Virus record (IMG/VR): IMGVR_UViG_3300027621_000003
Location: 1-64,000 of that record
Direction: 5' to 3' (one strand)
Length of the DNA stretch: 64,000 nucleotides
Part shown: positions 62,837-64,000 of the stretch, piece by piece
Position numbering within the stretch: the first letter of the stretch is position 1
Layout of the letters: each line of letters begins with the position of its first letter
Made by a program: the position numbers and the translations under genes
The notes under the pieces: model-generated
Database searches by the model: none
Seen by the model: the letters and a program-made list of their open reading frames with translations, nothing else
What the model was told of the DNA's origin: nothing

Positions 62837-63671
62837 TGATTTTATTTATAATTAAATCATTCATATTGTAATTGGCTCCCTTAAAGTGGTTATAAAAACT
62901 AATAATTTTATCTTTAGTTTCTTTATTGTTGAATATTTGGCTTGTGTCGTGTGAAAAATTATAAAATTTAAGATTATAACTATCATAAACACAATTTGAC
63001 TCAAGTATGTTAGTATCTGAATATTTGTTTGGTATTTGGGGAATATTTAATCTTTCTAAGATTTGATTAGTTATCCATATATTGAAATAAGGTGTTAAAT
63101 GATTTTGTGTGACAAATAATCTCTTATCTTTATAATGTTCTAATATAAAATCAGATACTTTTATATCACAAATTTCATCTTTCTCTTTCAATAATTCCAT
63201 ACAAACATTCATTCTTTCTTCAAAATAAAAATCAATTAAACCATTGTCATACAAATTTATAATTTCATCAATTTTACGTTTTTCTAAAATCAAAGACATT
63301 ATATTTTTCCATCCACAATTAATTAATGTTTGAAGTGTCCATCTTGGCGAAGCGTCTTCCCAATAAGTGGTATAAAATGATGAGTTGTATACATAGGGAA
63401 AACTAATTTTTACACAACTGTCTTTTAACATTGATTTTAAATTCTCTGTACCATAAACTCCGTGACTTTCTCCAAGTGGTTGGTATATAAAAACATCACA
63501 GTTTTTAAGTTCATCAACATCAATATTTACTAATTTTTTTGTTTGTTCTCTATCATGATTCACATAGGATATTAAATCATAATGTTTTTTGAATTCAGGT
63601 AAATTATTTAATAATTCATAAACATAAATAATGGCCTGACAATTGCCATATAGTATACATTTTTTTTTCAT
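62799..63671 (-). CDS. WcbI-like polysaccharide biosynthesis protein (putative acetyltransferase)
   Basis: N-terminal ILYGNCQ, CDVFIYQP and LFVTQNH motifs. Confidence 0.7.
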   Translation of the reverse strand: MKKKCILYGNCQAIIYVYELLNNLPEFKKHYDLISYVNHDREQTKKLVNIDVDELKNCDVFIYQPLGESHGVYGTENLKSMLKDSCVKISFPYVYNSSFYTTYWEDASPRWTLQTLINCGWKNIMSLILEKRKIDEIINLYDNGLIDFYFEERMNVCMELLKEKDEICDIKVSDFILEHYKDKRLFVTQNHLTPYFNIWITNQILERLNIPQIPNKYSDTNILESNCVYDSYNLKFYNFSHDTSQIFNNKETKDKIISFYNHFKGANYNMNDLIINKIIDDPEKFIDMPF

Positions 63672-63675
63672 TTTT

Positions 63676-64000
63676 TTAAAGTAATTTTAACCAATCTTTA
63701 TAGTAATAGATATTTTCTAATTCCGACCACTTAGTATACACAATTTGACTATCTTCTAAAAGGTATACAAAATTGTTTTTATTAATAAAGGATGAAAACA
63801 TAGAAAAACCAGAATATCTTTGAGATAATAAAACATTTTTTGAAATGGACATCAAATACATATCATAATATGTTTGTTCAAAATCAAATTCAAATGATGG
63901 GGTTTTTAAATAATAATCCTTATACATATTTTCCCATTTTAATTTTTCTTTCTCATCATCAGAACAAAATAAAATTTTTGAGTTTGGTTTTTTTTCTAAA
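63676..64000 (-). CDS. Fucosyltransferase-like glycosyltransferase (GT11/GT23-like), 5'-truncated
   Basis: Frame open to the window edge: KILFCSDD...DMYLMS...SGFSMFS resembles GDP-sugar-binding motifs of alpha-1,2/1,6-fucosyltransferases. Confidence 0.6.
   Translation of the reverse strand, partial: LEKKPNSKILFCSDDEKEKLKWENMYKDYYLKTPSFEFDFEQTYYDMYLMSISKNVLLSQRYSGFSMFSSFINKNNFVYLLEDSQIVYTKWSELENIYYYKDWLKLL

Noticed and set aside
51478-64000. Eukaryotic giant virus origin (PolB, SNF2, collagen-like protein, glycosyltransferases)
   Set aside because: Sheath, tube, baseplate and neck genes, overlapping operons and sigma70-like promoters are bacteriophage features.

Overview
AT-rich, very gene-dense 64-kb segment of a large T4-like myovirus (jumbo-phage type); no tRNA, rRNA, CRISPR array, integrase or IS was seen. 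Almost all genes are on the minus strand. From left to right: (1) fibre/appendage genes (a window-truncated Gly-Ser-Ser collagen-like protein missing from the ORF track, a mucin-like Thr-Pro protein, an SprB-repeat protein) and baseplate genes (gp7-, gp6-, gp25-like); (2) a replication block (class II ribonucleotide reductase, DnaB/gp41-like helicase, 5'-3' exonuclease, RecA/UvsX, gp32-like SSB); (3) hub, tube initiator with an OmpA-like insert, tape measure, tail chaperone with a probable +1 frameshift, tube, HAD phosphatase, sheath, tail terminator and head closure; (4) a plus-strand island (SNF2 helicase, Mn-SOD fused to a PD-(D/E)XK-like domain, gp13-like neck protein); (5) family B DNA polymerase; (6) the end of a glycosyltransferase/sugar-nucleotide cluster. 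SprB repeats and the lack of Shine-Dalgarno sites suggest a Bacteroidota host (inference). The best candidate for an undescribed system is a phage-encoded virion glycosylation system: a [S/T]-G-x-[S/T] tetrapeptide is strongly enriched in the variable parts of structural proteins and nearly absent from replication enzymes, and phage glycosyltransferases lie in the same window. Other notable signals are a strand-specific TATTTAT late-promoter-like motif, a probably late-expressed SOD-nuclease polyprotein, and several structured leaders or operators. All family assignments come from motif recognition by eye, not database searches.
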